Below are positions 45,404 through 55,206 of a stretch of 61,879 nt of DNA, in pieces; position 1 is the stretch's first letter; each line of letters begins with the position of its first letter. Below the pieces are notes generated by a model, which was given only the letters and a program-made list of their open reading frames with translations, did no database searches and was not told the DNA's origin. Both the position numbers and the translations under genes were made by a program. Source of the DNA: Candidatus Fermentibacteraceae bacterium (GTDB taxonomy: Bacteria > Fermentibacterota > Fermentibacteria > Fermentibacterales > JCC-6); contig JAUVJW010000001.1 of assembly GCA_030596465.1 (NCBI GenBank), positions 1 to 61,879 on the forward strand, read 5' to 3'.

Positions 45404-45868
45404 ATGACATTGCTGCTTGTTCTCATGGCGCTGTATGGTCCTTCTCTTGAGCTTTCGGGGGAAGAGGCAGGGTATTCCTTTCAGCTTGAGGATAGTTCTG
45501 TAGTATCTTTTCTTACAGGGGCGCAGAACAAATACATCGTTTTTCGCTACGGTTTTCCCGACAGCATTCTTTTTGAATTTCCTGAAGACACTTTAGCCTC
45601 TTCGTGGGATATGTTTTCATTTGAAAGCTATTCCAGAATGGGCGGAGAACAGAACGAAGGCATGGAAATTCACAGTATAATATTCAGTTCGAATGATACA
45701 CTTGTAGAAGTCTATGATGATTACTACTCCGTAGGATCGGAGTACAGCACGGGCATTCGAATCACAGAGGGAACAAATGCAATCCTTCAGAAAACGGGTG
45801 TATTTGATTCAAGAACTGGAAGTTTGAATCAATTCCTGAACAATTTTCGCAGCAGGGAGTTACTGTAA
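45404..45868 (+). CDS. Hypothetical small secreted protein
   Basis: AAGGAG RBS 8 nt before the ATG at 45404. Signal-like MTLLLVLMALYGPSLE. No recognised motif. Confidence 0.5.
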   Translation: MTLLLVLMALYGPSLELSGEEAGYSFQLEDSSVVSFLTGAQNKYIVFRYGFPDSILFEFPEDTLASSWDMFSFESYSRMGGEQNEGMEIHSIIFSSNDTLVEVYDDYYSVGSEYSTGIRITEGTNAILQKTGVFDSRTGSLNQFLNNFRSRELL

Positions 45869-46269
45869 TGAATAAAGTTGTGGTTCGCACCGGCAAGGGC
45901 GAGGTTTTAAAGGGATACACGGGAGATTTCTCCAGAAGCAAGCCTTCTTTTATGCTTTCAAGCGAAGACGGAGCTGTTAAAACAAACCAGATCATTGAGT
46001 TGAAGGATTTAAAAGCGATTTTCTTTGTAAAATCATTTGACGGTGATTTCCTTCACAAAAAAAAGCTGTACTTCGACACTGATGTTTCATACGGAAAAAA
46101 GGTGGTTGTTTCCTTCAAAGACGGGGAGGAATTCATCGGCAGGGTGGAGTCAATGCATTCTGATCCGGGGGATTCCGGCTTTTTCATCTTTCCGCTGGAT
46201 TCGGATTCAAACATCATCAGAGCTTTCTTCCTGAATAACGCGATAGTTGGTATTCAGCTTTACAAGTAA
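45868..46269 (+). CDS. Hypothetical 133-aa protein with apparent internal duplication
   Basis: Start overlaps the upstream stop (TAATG). The two halves begin KVVVRTGKGEVLKG and KVVVSFKDGEEFIG. Confidence 0.5.
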   Translation: MNKVVVRTGKGEVLKGYTGDFSRSKPSFMLSSEDGAVKTNQIIELKDLKAIFFVKSFDGDFLHKKKLYFDTDVSYGKKVVVSFKDGEEFIGRVESMHSDPGDSGFFIFPLDSDSNIIRAFFLNNAIVGIQLYK

Positions 46270-46320
46270 TCCAGATTACAGGCACTTGGAAAACCGGTAT
46301 TTCTGTCGGTTACTTGTTGT

Positions 46321-47472
46321 ATGGAGCTTTCAAACAGAATTATAGCGGTACTCTTTATTGCTTTGTCTGTTCTTCTGATTACCCGAAGAGAAGAAACCGG
46401 CAATGATGGGGTATCTCATGGTATCTGGCGCGGCCAACTGACCACAGTTACCGCAAAGGGCGGGATGCTGTCCACTGAAGGTGGTAATTTCTGGGTTTCT
46501 GATAAATCACTGGCCGCTCTTTCACTCAAAGGTGATTCCGCCATGGTGATTGGTCATCGAAGGGGAATGTTCATTTCTCCCTTCAGTTTAAGATTGAAGC
46601 CTTCATCTTCTTTCTTCTCCTCTTTGCGAAGGCAGTATCGGAACAGGCTTGTTGAAACAATACGCGATCCGGTTGCCCGTGGTCTTGCGGGCGGGCTTCT
46701 TATGGGTCTCAGGGGGTTGATCCCCGAGCAAACGGCACAGGCTTTCAAACAGTCAGGAACTTCCCATCTGCTGGCTCTCTCAGGGTTGCATACAGGGATT
46801 ATCGCGTTGGTGCTTCTATTTCTCGCAAGATTAATTATGGGAAAAGGAATACTTTCCGGTTGGCTGGCTGTTGTGGGAATAGTTCTCTTTGTAGCTCTTT
46901 CCGGTGGAAGAGCATCAACTGTAAGGGCTGGAATTATGGCATCTTTCACAGTACTGTGGATGAGCTACCGGGGAGGGAAACTGCATTTGTTATCTGTGTG
47001 GTGGGCCGCTCTGCTGCTCTCCATTTTCTTTCTGCCGGGAACCCTGGAAGACAGAGGAGCCCAGATGTCTTACGGAGCCGTTCTCTCGCTGATCGTATTT
47101 GGTCGAAATGTCAGGGGAAGGTACTCCGCTATTTACTCGCCATTATACGCAGGAGTTGTGGTAACCATCTCACTTGCCCCTTTGATGACTTCTGTATACG
47201 GCGGATTATCATGGCTGGGACCAACGGCAACCGTGGTTTCTCTGCCGTTCATGCTGGTTGTTATGGTTCTGGGATTTCTGGCTTCACTCGGCCTTGGTCT
47301 CGCTGGTGTTTTACTCGATTATGTTTCAAATTGCTGGGTAAACACTCTGGAGGTTTTCAGCCATTCCCCGGTTAGTTTGCCACAGGCTGTTCTGTATCCC
47401 GTATGGGGAATTCTATTGATTGGTTTAAGGGTGTTTTCCCGTTGGAATGGGTTTAATAGACGATTCAGATAG
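46321..47472 (+). CDS. comEC: ComEC/Rec2-family membrane protein (competence domain only)
   Basis: FKQSGTSHLLALSGLHTGIIA signature and a multi-pass membrane topology. No metallo-beta-lactamase domain (383 aa). Confidence 0.8.
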   Translation: MELSNRIIAVLFIALSVLLITRREETGNDGVSHGIWRGQLTTVTAKGGMLSTEGGNFWVSDKSLAALSLKGDSAMVIGHRRGMFISPFSLRLKPSSSFFSSLRRQYRNRLVETIRDPVARGLAGGLLMGLRGLIPEQTAQAFKQSGTSHLLALSGLHTGIIALVLLFLARLIMGKGILSGWLAVVGIVLFVALSGGRASTVRAGIMASFTVLWMSYRGGKLHLLSVWWAALLLSIFFLPGTLEDRGAQMSYGAVLSLIVFGRNVRGRYSAIYSPLYAGVVVTISLAPLMTSVYGGLSWLGPTATVVSLPFMLVVMVLGFLASLGLGLAGVLLDYVSNCWVNTLEVFSHSPVSLPQAVLYPVWGILLIGLRVFSRWNGFNRRFR

Positions 47473-48343
47473 ATGTGGTGTCCGGGGGAATGCTGTCAAT
47501 TTCCAATACAAGTGAATCGTCAAATAATTCTACCGGAGTATCTACTTCAACAGCAGGAGTATCCGCAGCAGTAATGACTTCAAGTGAATCTTCTTCAAAA
47601 ATTTCTTCGTGTTCTTCTTCGATTTCCACGATCTCTTCAACTATTGGTTCCGGGATGGAGGTTGAGGCAGATTCATCTCTAAGGAATCTGATAAAGATGG
47701 ATCCGGTGTTGTCTAAGGCCCCCTCAAGATTATCCAGCCCTACGGCCTCGAATTCAGCGCCAAGCGGAAGGTCAATACTCATTGTGTCGCCGGGGAAAAG
47801 GGTCCATGCATCCCGGATATTACCGGGAAAATGTCCGATAAGGATGGTCAGGCCATCGTAATTTAAAAGATTGTCATCTTCAACGATTATAGTATAGCTG
47901 CCGGCGGGAAGAGATAGAAACCTTGACCGTTCAAGAATTGCAAGGTGATAAGCACTGGAAACAGTAATGGTGGGGGTTACTTCAAGAATCACAGGAAGGA
48001 ATCTTACCGTATCGGTTGACGATGGAGTTACCACAACCACAGTGACACTGTCAAGGTATCCGGGAGAAGCCTGCCATGTAACACTTCTACCGTAAGATTC
48101 AGATGAATTGGTATTTGTAAATCGACCGGAACTGCATGTCCAGACCGCCTGGGCACCGTCCGGCAAAATTGTGGAGAGGTAGGCTGTTCCATCACCGGAA
48201 GGATCAATGGAAGCGAGTATCTGTACCGGATCATTTAACTGCCCGAGACTTTCTCTGACCAGATAGGTCAACAGAAGGGCCACAGGAAGAAATATCGGAA
48301 GCAATATCGGGAGCAGCTGTTTGATTTTTCCTTTTCTTGCCAT
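47465..48343 (-). CDS. Hypothetical membrane-anchored protein with acidic C-terminal tail
   Basis: The ATG at 48343 gives MARKGKIKQLLPILLPIFLPVALLLTYL. The C-terminus is IVEEIVEIEEEHEEIFEED. The longer ORF to 48550 would overlap the divergent peptidase gene. Confidence 0.5.
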   Translation of the reverse strand: MARKGKIKQLLPILLPIFLPVALLLTYLVRESLGQLNDPVQILASIDPSGDGTAYLSTILPDGAQAVWTCSSGRFTNTNSSESYGRSVTWQASPGYLDSVTVVVVTPSSTDTVRFLPVILEVTPTITVSSAYHLAILERSRFLSLPAGSYTIIVEDDNLLNYDGLTILIGHFPGNIRDAWTLFPGDTMSIDLPLGAEFEAVGLDNLEGALDNTGSIFIRFLRDESASTSIPEPIVEEIVEIEEEHEEIFEEDSLEVITAADTPAVEVDTPVELFDDSLVLEIDSIPPDTTSI

Positions 48344-48386
48344 AGTACCGTCGAATATAATTGCTGAAACCAGAGAAAGGAAATTT

Positions 48387-49409
48387 ATGCAGAATACAAT
48401 GGAGTTTCTTATGCAGCTTCTCCGGACGAGAAGTGTAACCGGAAACACGGATCTCGCGGCGGAAATAGTAAGAACAAGGATGGATTCCCTTGGTCTTAAA
48501 ATCAAGGTAACCAACAAGGGCTCAGTACTTGCGACCATGGAAGGTACCACAGATGACTCCGCGGTGATAAGTGCTCATATTGACACGCTTGGAGCTGTCG
48601 TATCCAGAATTACACCCGAAGGTACCCTGAAGTATCACTGTGTGGGCGGTTTTACCGCTAACAGCATAGAGGGTGAGTACTGTCAGGTCGAAACATTTGC
48701 GGGTAAGTTAATACCCGGAACTATTCTCTTTTCCAAAACATCGGTGCATGCCTACGGCAGAGAAAAATGCAGTGCAAAAAGAAGCCATGATGAAATGTAT
48801 ATCAGACTGGATGATGCGGCAGACTCATCCGACGCTGTAAAAGAACTGGATATCAGTGTTGGAAACTTCATTCACTTTGATCCGCGGGCACAGCATTTAA
48901 GCTCCGGGTATGTTAAAAGCCGACACATTGATGATAAAGCGGGAGTGGCTGTTCTTGTAGGGGCGGCAGAGGGTCTGGTGAAGTTGAAAGTTAAGCCTCA
49001 GAGGAATATTCATTTCCTTTTTACCGTTCACGAAGAGGTTGGCCATGGTGCCGCCGGATGGCTGCCTCAGAATGTTTCAGACTTTCTGGCTGTGGATATG
49101 GGAGTTTGCGGCATCAATCAGACTTCTGATGAAAAGAAAGTAACCGTATGTGCTGCTGACAGTTCAGGCCCATACAATTATGAATTGACAAAACATCTTA
49201 TCAATCTGGCCAGTATTAACAACATACCGTACACAGTAGATACATTTCCATTTTACGGTTCCGATGCCGGAGCAGCCATGAAGATGGGGCTGGACGCAAG
49301 GCATGCGCTGGTGGGTCCGGGGGTGGACACATCACACGCCATAGAGAGAACTCACGAGGAGGGAATAAAGGCCACCATTGATCTCGTGACCATTTTTGCT
49401 ATGGAGTAA
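48387..49409 (+). CDS. M42-family metallo-aminopeptidase (FrvX/CelM-like)
   Basis: SAHIDTLGAVVSRITPEGTLKYHCVGG, DDKAGVAVL, VHEEVGHGAAG and YGSDAGAA metal-ligand blocks. I chose the ATG at 48387. Confidence 0.75.
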   Translation: MQNTMEFLMQLLRTRSVTGNTDLAAEIVRTRMDSLGLKIKVTNKGSVLATMEGTTDDSAVISAHIDTLGAVVSRITPEGTLKYHCVGGFTANSIEGEYCQVETFAGKLIPGTILFSKTSVHAYGREKCSAKRSHDEMYIRLDDAADSSDAVKELDISVGNFIHFDPRAQHLSSGYVKSRHIDDKAGVAVLVGAAEGLVKLKVKPQRNIHFLFTVHEEVGHGAAGWLPQNVSDFLAVDMGVCGINQTSDEKKVTVCAADSSGPYNYELTKHLINLASINNIPYTVDTFPFYGSDAGAAMKMGLDARHALVGPGVDTSHAIERTHEEGIKATIDLVTIFAME

Positions 49410-50106
49410 GAATTATCTCAACGGCGGAGACAAGCGAGTCGGTAACATGATCCGGCATGGCCAGATTCTCCGCCTTTATTATTTCCAGCTGGTCGCTGCC
49501 TCTGCCCGAAAGAACAAGAATAGTTTCCAGACCAGATCTTCTTCCCAGTTCCATGTCAGTGTGAGCATCACCGACCATCCATCCACCGGATGGGAGTTTA
49601 AGGTCAAGTCGCGCCTGGTCTGTCATGCCTGTTTCCGGTTTTCTGCAACCGCATTTATCTTTTGGATGGTGCGGGCAATACATAATTGTAATGGAAGGAA
49701 CTCCCGCTGCCGCAAGGGCACACAGCATTACTCCGTGAATCTGTTCAACGGCCGCGGCGGTATAGTAACCTCTGCCTATACCTGACTGGTTGGTTACAAC
49801 AACAAGCGGATGACCTGCCCGGTGCAGGGCAGCGATCGCGGAGATTGCGCCTGGAACAGGTATCCATTCAGAGGGGTTTTTTACATAGTCAGCTCTGTTG
49901 GCGTTAATAACACCATCACGATCCAGAAAAACAGGTAGTGCCCTGTCAGGTATTAAGTGTCGGCCTGATGCGCTGCTATTCTGAGTTCCAGCAAGGCACT
50001 GGTTTATGCGCATAGCACCGCTATGTAATTGAACCAGTAACGCTGCTGGGGCTCTGGAGAGCCAGCAGTATACGACAGTTATTGCTTGACAGGGTAGTAG
50101 TTTCAT
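49399..50106 (-). CDS. gmhB: D-glycero-D-manno-heptose 1,7-bisphosphate phosphatase (HAD-IIIA)
   Basis: FLDRDGVIN, VVVTNQSGIGRGY, the Zn motif CPHHP..CGCRKP and GDAHTD. The start at 50106 is coupled (ATGA) to the upstream gene. An internal ATG at 50013 is possible. Confidence 0.8.
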   Translation of the reverse strand: MKLLPCQAITVVYCWLSRAPAALLVQLHSGAMRINQCLAGTQNSSASGRHLIPDRALPVFLDRDGVINANRADYVKNPSEWIPVPGAISAIAALHRAGHPLVVVTNQSGIGRGYYTAAAVEQIHGVMLCALAAAGVPSITIMYCPHHPKDKCGCRKPETGMTDQARLDLKLPSGGWMVGDAHTDMELGRRSGLETILVLSGRGSDQLEIIKAENLAMPDHVTDSLVSAVEIILTP

Positions 50107-51041
50107 TTTGAGATCTTGTTTCTGTGGTATTCTACAAGATCTGCAAGCCCGTCTTCAAAAGGAATCTGAGCCTTCCAGCCGAGGATTGAATTTGCTTTAC
50201 CGGGGTCAAGAGCCACCTTCAGAATTTCCTCCGCAAGTGCCGGGCCGTAGGATGGTTTCAGATCTGTATCTACATATCCACGGATAATTCTGTCAAGATC
50301 TTCCACAGAGCTGCCCAGACCCCAGCCAATATTAAATATTTCTCCTTCAATATCCTGCCTGCTCAAATCCATGGCCGCTATGTTGGCCCCGGCAATATCC
50401 TTCACATGAACATAATCGCGAAGCTGCTGGCCATCTCCGTTGATTACGGGAGCGTTTCCATTCAGATATTTCACTGTAAATATTGCGGTAACTCCCGCTT
50501 CGCCAAAAGGATTCTGACGCGGACCGTAGACATTGGGATAACGAAGAACCACATAACCAAGGTTGTAGAGATACCTGTAGAGATAGAGGTAATGCTCCAC
50601 TGTATGCTTGCTTATGCCATAGTGACAGATAGGGTTAATGGGGTGATCTTCTTTAACGGGGATGTACTGAGGTTCTCCGTACACGGCTCCGCCGGTGGAA
50701 GCATATATAACTCTTTTAACCTTACCCTTTACCGCTGCTTCAAGGAGATTAAGAGTGCCTTTTATGTTCACATCAGCATCAAACTGCGGCTCGCGGACAG
50801 ATCTGCGAACATCCATCTGTGCCGCGTGATGACACAGAATATCAAAGCAGCCGTTCTCAATCAGTTCTGCGGCTTCATCTGTTCTAATGTCAAGTTCATG
50901 GAAAGTAATACCTTCGCTTATATTATCACGAAACCCTGTGGAAAGGTCATCCAGTACATGTACCGAGTGCCCGGCTTCGTTAAGAGCATCCGCTATATTG
51001 GATCCGATAAAACCAGCTCCGCCTGTAATAAGGATCTTCAA
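50103..51041 (-). CDS. NAD-dependent sugar-nucleotide epimerase/dehydratase (GalE-like SDR)
   Basis: MKILITGGAGFIGSNI Rossmann motif, an ASTGG region and catalytic YGISK. Confidence 0.85.
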   Translation of the reverse strand: MKILITGGAGFIGSNIADALNEAGHSVHVLDDLSTGFRDNISEGITFHELDIRTDEAAELIENGCFDILCHHAAQMDVRRSVREPQFDADVNIKGTLNLLEAAVKGKVKRVIYASTGGAVYGEPQYIPVKEDHPINPICHYGISKHTVEHYLYLYRYLYNLGYVVLRYPNVYGPRQNPFGEAGVTAIFTVKYLNGNAPVINGDGQQLRDYVHVKDIAGANIAAMDLSRQDIEGEIFNIGWGLGSSVEDLDRIIRGYVDTDLKPSYGPALAEEILKVALDPGKANSILGWKAQIPFEDGLADLVEYHRNKISK

Positions 51042-51143
51042 TTATCAACCTCCCGGCAAATAGTGTTCAGCAATATACCAAACATAGACCTTTCATGTTC
51101 CACTCTTTTATAATTACACCTGTCGGCAAACAAGGAGGTTTCC

Positions 51144-52160
51144 ATGAGAGTTCTGGTTCTATCCGGCGGAAGGTCTGCCGAACGGGAGATAAGTCTTCTG
51201 TCTGCGAAGTGGGTATCCGGTGAGCTTGAAGCAGCGGGTCATTCTGTTACAGATGTAATTATTGAACAGGACGGATGCTGGATGCTTAAGGGTTCTTCAA
51301 GGAAACTTACTATTGAAACAGGTTCTGTGCCATGGAAGCTTTTCTCGGAAGAAAACGAAATTCCTTTTGATACAGTTTTTCCTGTTCTTCACGGTTCTTT
51401 CGGTGAAGACGGTACCGTACAGGGGTTTTGCGCCACAGCAGGATGGTCTTGTGCCGGAGTACCGGTAATGGGTTCTTCCATAGCAATGGAAAAACACACG
51501 ATGAAAAACCTTGCGTCTCATGCATCCATTCCCGTTGTTCCATGGGTATTTCTGGGTGAAAACCGGAACACTTCTTTTGAATCTCTTAAAGAAGAAATCG
51601 CCGCTCTGGGATTCCCGTTGTTTGTTAAACCTTCAAGGCTGGGTTCCAGTGTGGGTATAGGGAAGGCAAATACTGCGGAAGAACTGATGGAAGCTATTAA
51701 AACCGCGGCTGATTACGATTCCATGATTCTTATTGAAAAGGCTGTTGATTCTCCAAGGGAGATAGAAGTCAGCGTTATTGGTAACGGTTTTCAGGTTTTC
51801 AGTTCCGTTCCGGGTGAAGTGCTTCCCGGTAGAGAATGGTATGACTATACCGCAAAATACAATTGTGATGATTCAAAACTGGCTATTCCAGCCAGTCTCT
51901 CCGCATCGAATACTGAGAACATCAGGATGATGGCGGAAAAAGCGTTTCGTATTCTCGGTGGCAGGGGATTCGCCAGAGTGGATTTTCTCATGAATTCTGA
52001 GGGTATCTGGCTCAACGAAATCAACACAATTCCCGGTTTTACAAGCATCAGCATGTTCCCAAAGCTCTGGGCGGCAACGGGAATGGATTCAGGGAAATTG
52101 CTTAATTTTATCCTTGACGAAGCTTTTTCAAGGGTTGAACACGGGTTATGTGTTGAATGA
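51144..52160 (+). CDS. ddl: D-alanine--D-alanine ligase
   Basis: MRVLVLSGGRSAEREISLLSA, FPVLHGSFGEDGTVQG, FVKPSRLGSSVG and NEINTIPGFT. AAGGAGG RBS. Confidence 0.9.
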   Translation: MRVLVLSGGRSAEREISLLSAKWVSGELEAAGHSVTDVIIEQDGCWMLKGSSRKLTIETGSVPWKLFSEENEIPFDTVFPVLHGSFGEDGTVQGFCATAGWSCAGVPVMGSSIAMEKHTMKNLASHASIPVVPWVFLGENRNTSFESLKEEIAALGFPLFVKPSRLGSSVGIGKANTAEELMEAIKTAADYDSMILIEKAVDSPREIEVSVIGNGFQVFSSVPGEVLPGREWYDYTAKYNCDDSKLAIPASLSASNTENIRMMAEKAFRILGGRGFARVDFLMNSEGIWLNEINTIPGFTSISMFPKLWAATGMDSGKLLNFILDEAFSRVEHGLCVE

Positions 52161-53188
52161 GCAGTAATCTCGAACTTAGAAGCGATACATTTTCCACGCC
52201 GGACAACGGAATGAGAAAAGCTATCGCGGAGGCCCCGGTCGGAGACGATGTTTTCGGGGAAGACCCCACTATTAATTCTCTTGAAATCCGTGTGGCGGAA
52301 ATGCTGGGGAAAGAAGCCGGGCTTTTTGTGCCTACGGGAACCATGGGCAACGGGCTGGCAATTCGATCTCTCGCGTCTCCCGGGGAAAGAATCCTCTGCG
52401 GAACAAAAAGCCATATCTATAATTTCGAGGGTGATCAACTGGCAATGAACTGCGGCTTGCAGATGCACCGTGTTGACGAACGGGTGGATGGTATGATACC
52501 CTTAAAAGACATCAGGCGAGTATTGGATGTCGGCGAGAATATTCACTCTGCGCCTGTAACGGTTCTTGCTCTTGAGAACACACACAATTTCCTTGGTGGT
52601 AAAATACTTCCTCAGAATGATGTTGTTGAAGCCTGCTCTTATGCCCATTCAAAAAGGGTAAAAACCTATCTTGACGGTGCCAGATTGTGGCATGCTCATG
52701 CGGCAACGGGAGTTCCCCTTGATGAGCTGGCTCGACCGTTCGATATGGTTTCTGTTTGTTTTTCGAAGGCGCTTGGAGCACCCATAGGTTCGATGGTGGC
52801 AGGATCTTCTGATCATATCAGCAGAGCAAGGTGGTTTAGAAAAAGAATGGGCGGAGGGATGAGACAGGTGGGAATCCTCGGAGGGGCCTGCCACTATGCT
52901 TTGAACAACAACCTTCCCCGATTGAAGATAACCCACGATTACGCAAAAAGGCTTGCAGAGGCATTCAAGTCAACAGGCAGATTCAAAGTTGACATTGAAG
53001 CGATTGATACCAACATAGTCTTTCTTGAAACAGAAGAAGACTGTGCGGAGAATCTGGTATCTCAACTCAAAGCCATGGGTCTGTCAGTTCTTGCGGTTGA
53101 TACCGCTTCAGTGCGCTTTGTAACGCATCTTTCACTTGATTCCAAATGTATTGATGAAGCAGTTAAACAATTAGAAAAGGAGATATAA
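52157..53188 (+). CDS. ltaE: Low-specificity L-threonine aldolase
   Basis: LRSDTFSTP...APVGDDVFGEDPT, GTMGN, and FSKALGAP (PLP lysine). Confidence 0.85.
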   Translation: MSSNLELRSDTFSTPDNGMRKAIAEAPVGDDVFGEDPTINSLEIRVAEMLGKEAGLFVPTGTMGNGLAIRSLASPGERILCGTKSHIYNFEGDQLAMNCGLQMHRVDERVDGMIPLKDIRRVLDVGENIHSAPVTVLALENTHNFLGGKILPQNDVVEACSYAHSKRVKTYLDGARLWHAHAATGVPLDELARPFDMVSVCFSKALGAPIGSMVAGSSDHISRARWFRKRMGGGMRQVGILGGACHYALNNNLPRLKITHDYAKRLAEAFKSTGRFKVDIEAIDTNIVFLETEEDCAENLVSQLKAMGLSVLAVDTASVRFVTHLSLDSKCIDEAVKQLEKEI

Positions 53189-54106
53189 ATGAAAGCAGGA
53201 GTGACCGGCGTTGGTCATCTGGGTTATCACCACGCCAGAATTATGAAAACTTTAGTGGATGAAGTAATGATCCACGATACAGATCCGGTTCGCTTGAAAA
53301 AGGTATCAGAAGAACTGGGAATACAGGCGGCGGGATCTCTTGAAGAAATGGTGGAATGGGCAGACGCCCTCGATGTCGCCTGTACCACATCCGCTCACTA
53401 TGATGTTGTTCTCAAAGCTCTTGGAAAGAATGTACCTGTTCTTGTGGAAAAACCCATAGCGGCAACCGCAAAGCAGGGTGAGGAAATGGTTGAGATCGCA
53501 GACGAAAAGGGTCTTGTGCTTGCTGTGGGTCACATCGAAAGATTCAACCCGGCAATGATGGCCGCCGACAGTACAATCGATAAACCTATTTTCATGGAAG
53601 GTCACAGAATGGCCGGTTTCAATGTGCGTTGCACAGATGTTTCGGTTGTTATGGACCTCATGATACACGATATTGATCTTGTACTCTGGAAAGCTGCTTC
53701 ACCGGTTGCTGAAATTCATGCTTCCGGAGTCCCGGTACTCACTGAAACCGTTGATATCTGTAATGCCAGAATCCTGTTCGAGAATGGTGCTGTTGCCAAT
53801 CTCACCGCGAGCAGAATCTCCGCAGAGCCTAAGAGAAAACTTCGATTTTTCCAGAAACACGGTTACATTTCTGTTGATTTCGGAGACAGAAAGGTAACAG
53901 CGCTGAAGCTTGAGAAGGGTATGATCATCCCCGTGCCCGTGAATGTTCCCGAGGGTGACGCTTTAACGGCTGAGATAAGCAGTTTCCTCAGTGCGGTACA
54001 CAATGGCACACCAACGGCAGTTTCGGGCAGGGAAGGGCTCAGGGCGCTCAGAGCGGCAACGACAATTCTTGAAAAATCCGAGAAGAGCATTCTCGATCTC
54101 CCATGA
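53189..54106 (+). CDS. Gfo/Idh/MocA-family oxidoreductase
   Basis: N-terminal Rossmann GVTGVGHLGYHH and the EKP motif VLVEKPIA. Directly coupled to lpxB (ATGA overlap). Confidence 0.75.
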   Translation: MKAGVTGVGHLGYHHARIMKTLVDEVMIHDTDPVRLKKVSEELGIQAAGSLEEMVEWADALDVACTTSAHYDVVLKALGKNVPVLVEKPIAATAKQGEEMVEIADEKGLVLAVGHIERFNPAMMAADSTIDKPIFMEGHRMAGFNVRCTDVSVVMDLMIHDIDLVLWKAASPVAEIHASGVPVLTETVDICNARILFENGAVANLTASRISAEPKRKLRFFQKHGYISVDFGDRKVTALKLEKGMIIPVPVNVPEGDALTAEISSFLSAVHNGTPTAVSGREGLRALRAATTILEKSEKSILDLP

Positions 54107-55206
54107 AACTTCTAATTTCCGCAGGAGAAGCTTCAGGGGATCAGAGAGGCGCGGAGGTTCTTGCGGCCTTGAAAAGAATATCCCCGGATTCCATTTACGC
54201 TTTTGGTCTGGGGGGCAGTCGACTGGCCTCCGAGGGAATGAATGTCACTCACGATCTCAGTGACTACGCGGTGATGGGTTTCGGTGAGATACTTCTCTCG
54301 CTGGGTAAATTTCTTAAGCTGGAGAAACAACTCAAGGCCCTGTGCCGAGAGGAAAAACCGGACTGTATCTTTCTTGTAGACTACCCGGGGTTCAACATGC
54401 GTTTAGGCAGATGGGCAAAGAAACATGGAATACCGGTTGTTCATTATGTCGCTCCACAGATGTGGGCATGGGGTGCGTGGAGGGTTCGAAAGCTTAGAAA
54501 AAGCACAGATATTCTTCTCACTCTCTTTGCTTTTGAAGAACCATTTTTTAAAGCCAGAGGCGTCAACGCTGTTTTTACGGGTCATCCACTGAAAAAACTC
54601 ATAACTTCTCAAACAGAAAGGGGCGAAGCCCTTGGTCTTCTTCCGGGGAGTAGAGCGCAGGAGGTGGAGAAACTTCTTCCGGTGATGCTGAAGGCATTCA
54701 CCACGCTGAGAGACAAGGGAATAGTGGGTAAAGCCCTTCTGGCTGTTTCAGATCATTTGGAGAAAGAGATATACAGAGATGCGGAGAATACCAGAGGTGT
54801 TGAGCTTCTAAAAGGTACACAGGAGGCTTTGGCTGGCTCAAAAGCCGCTCTTGTCTGTTCGGGTACCGCCACGCTGGAAACAGCCCTTTCCGGTGTTCCT
54901 TTTGTTATATGCTACAAAACAAGCGGTTTCACATATATGCTCGCGAGACATCTTGTGAAGGGGGTCAGGAAGATCGGTCTGGCAAATATTATCGCCGGAG
55001 AAGATGTAGCTACTGAATTGATCCAGAGGAATGTTACTCCAGCCAACATGGTTGCCTGCCTGGAACCGCTGTTCTCTGATGAAAATGTCGCTCAAGAGAC
55101 TGTAAACAGACTTTCACTTGTGAGAAATTCTCTTGGAGATGGCGATCCGGCAGAGAATACAGCAATGGAAATAATTCGATTCTTGAAAACAGCCGATGAA
55201 AGCTGA
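54103..55206 (+). CDS. lpxB: Lipid-A-disaccharide synthase
   Basis: MKLLISAGEASGDQRGA, VDYPGFNMRL, YVAPQMWAWG and GTATLE. Confidence 0.9.
   Translation: MKLLISAGEASGDQRGAEVLAALKRISPDSIYAFGLGGSRLASEGMNVTHDLSDYAVMGFGEILLSLGKFLKLEKQLKALCREEKPDCIFLVDYPGFNMRLGRWAKKHGIPVVHYVAPQMWAWGAWRVRKLRKSTDILLTLFAFEEPFFKARGVNAVFTGHPLKKLITSQTERGEALGLLPGSRAQEVEKLLPVMLKAFTTLRDKGIVGKALLAVSDHLEKEIYRDAENTRGVELLKGTQEALAGSKAALVCSGTATLETALSGVPFVICYKTSGFTYMLARHLVKGVRKIGLANIIAGEDVATELIQRNVTPANMVACLEPLFSDENVAQETVNRLSLVRNSLGDGDPAENTAMEIIRFLKTADES

Noticed and set aside
50406-51113. A 235-aa plus-strand ORF.
   Set aside because: It is fully antisense to the epimerase gene, which has unambiguous GGAGFIGS and YxxxK motifs. 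The plus-strand translation is low-complexity with no motif.
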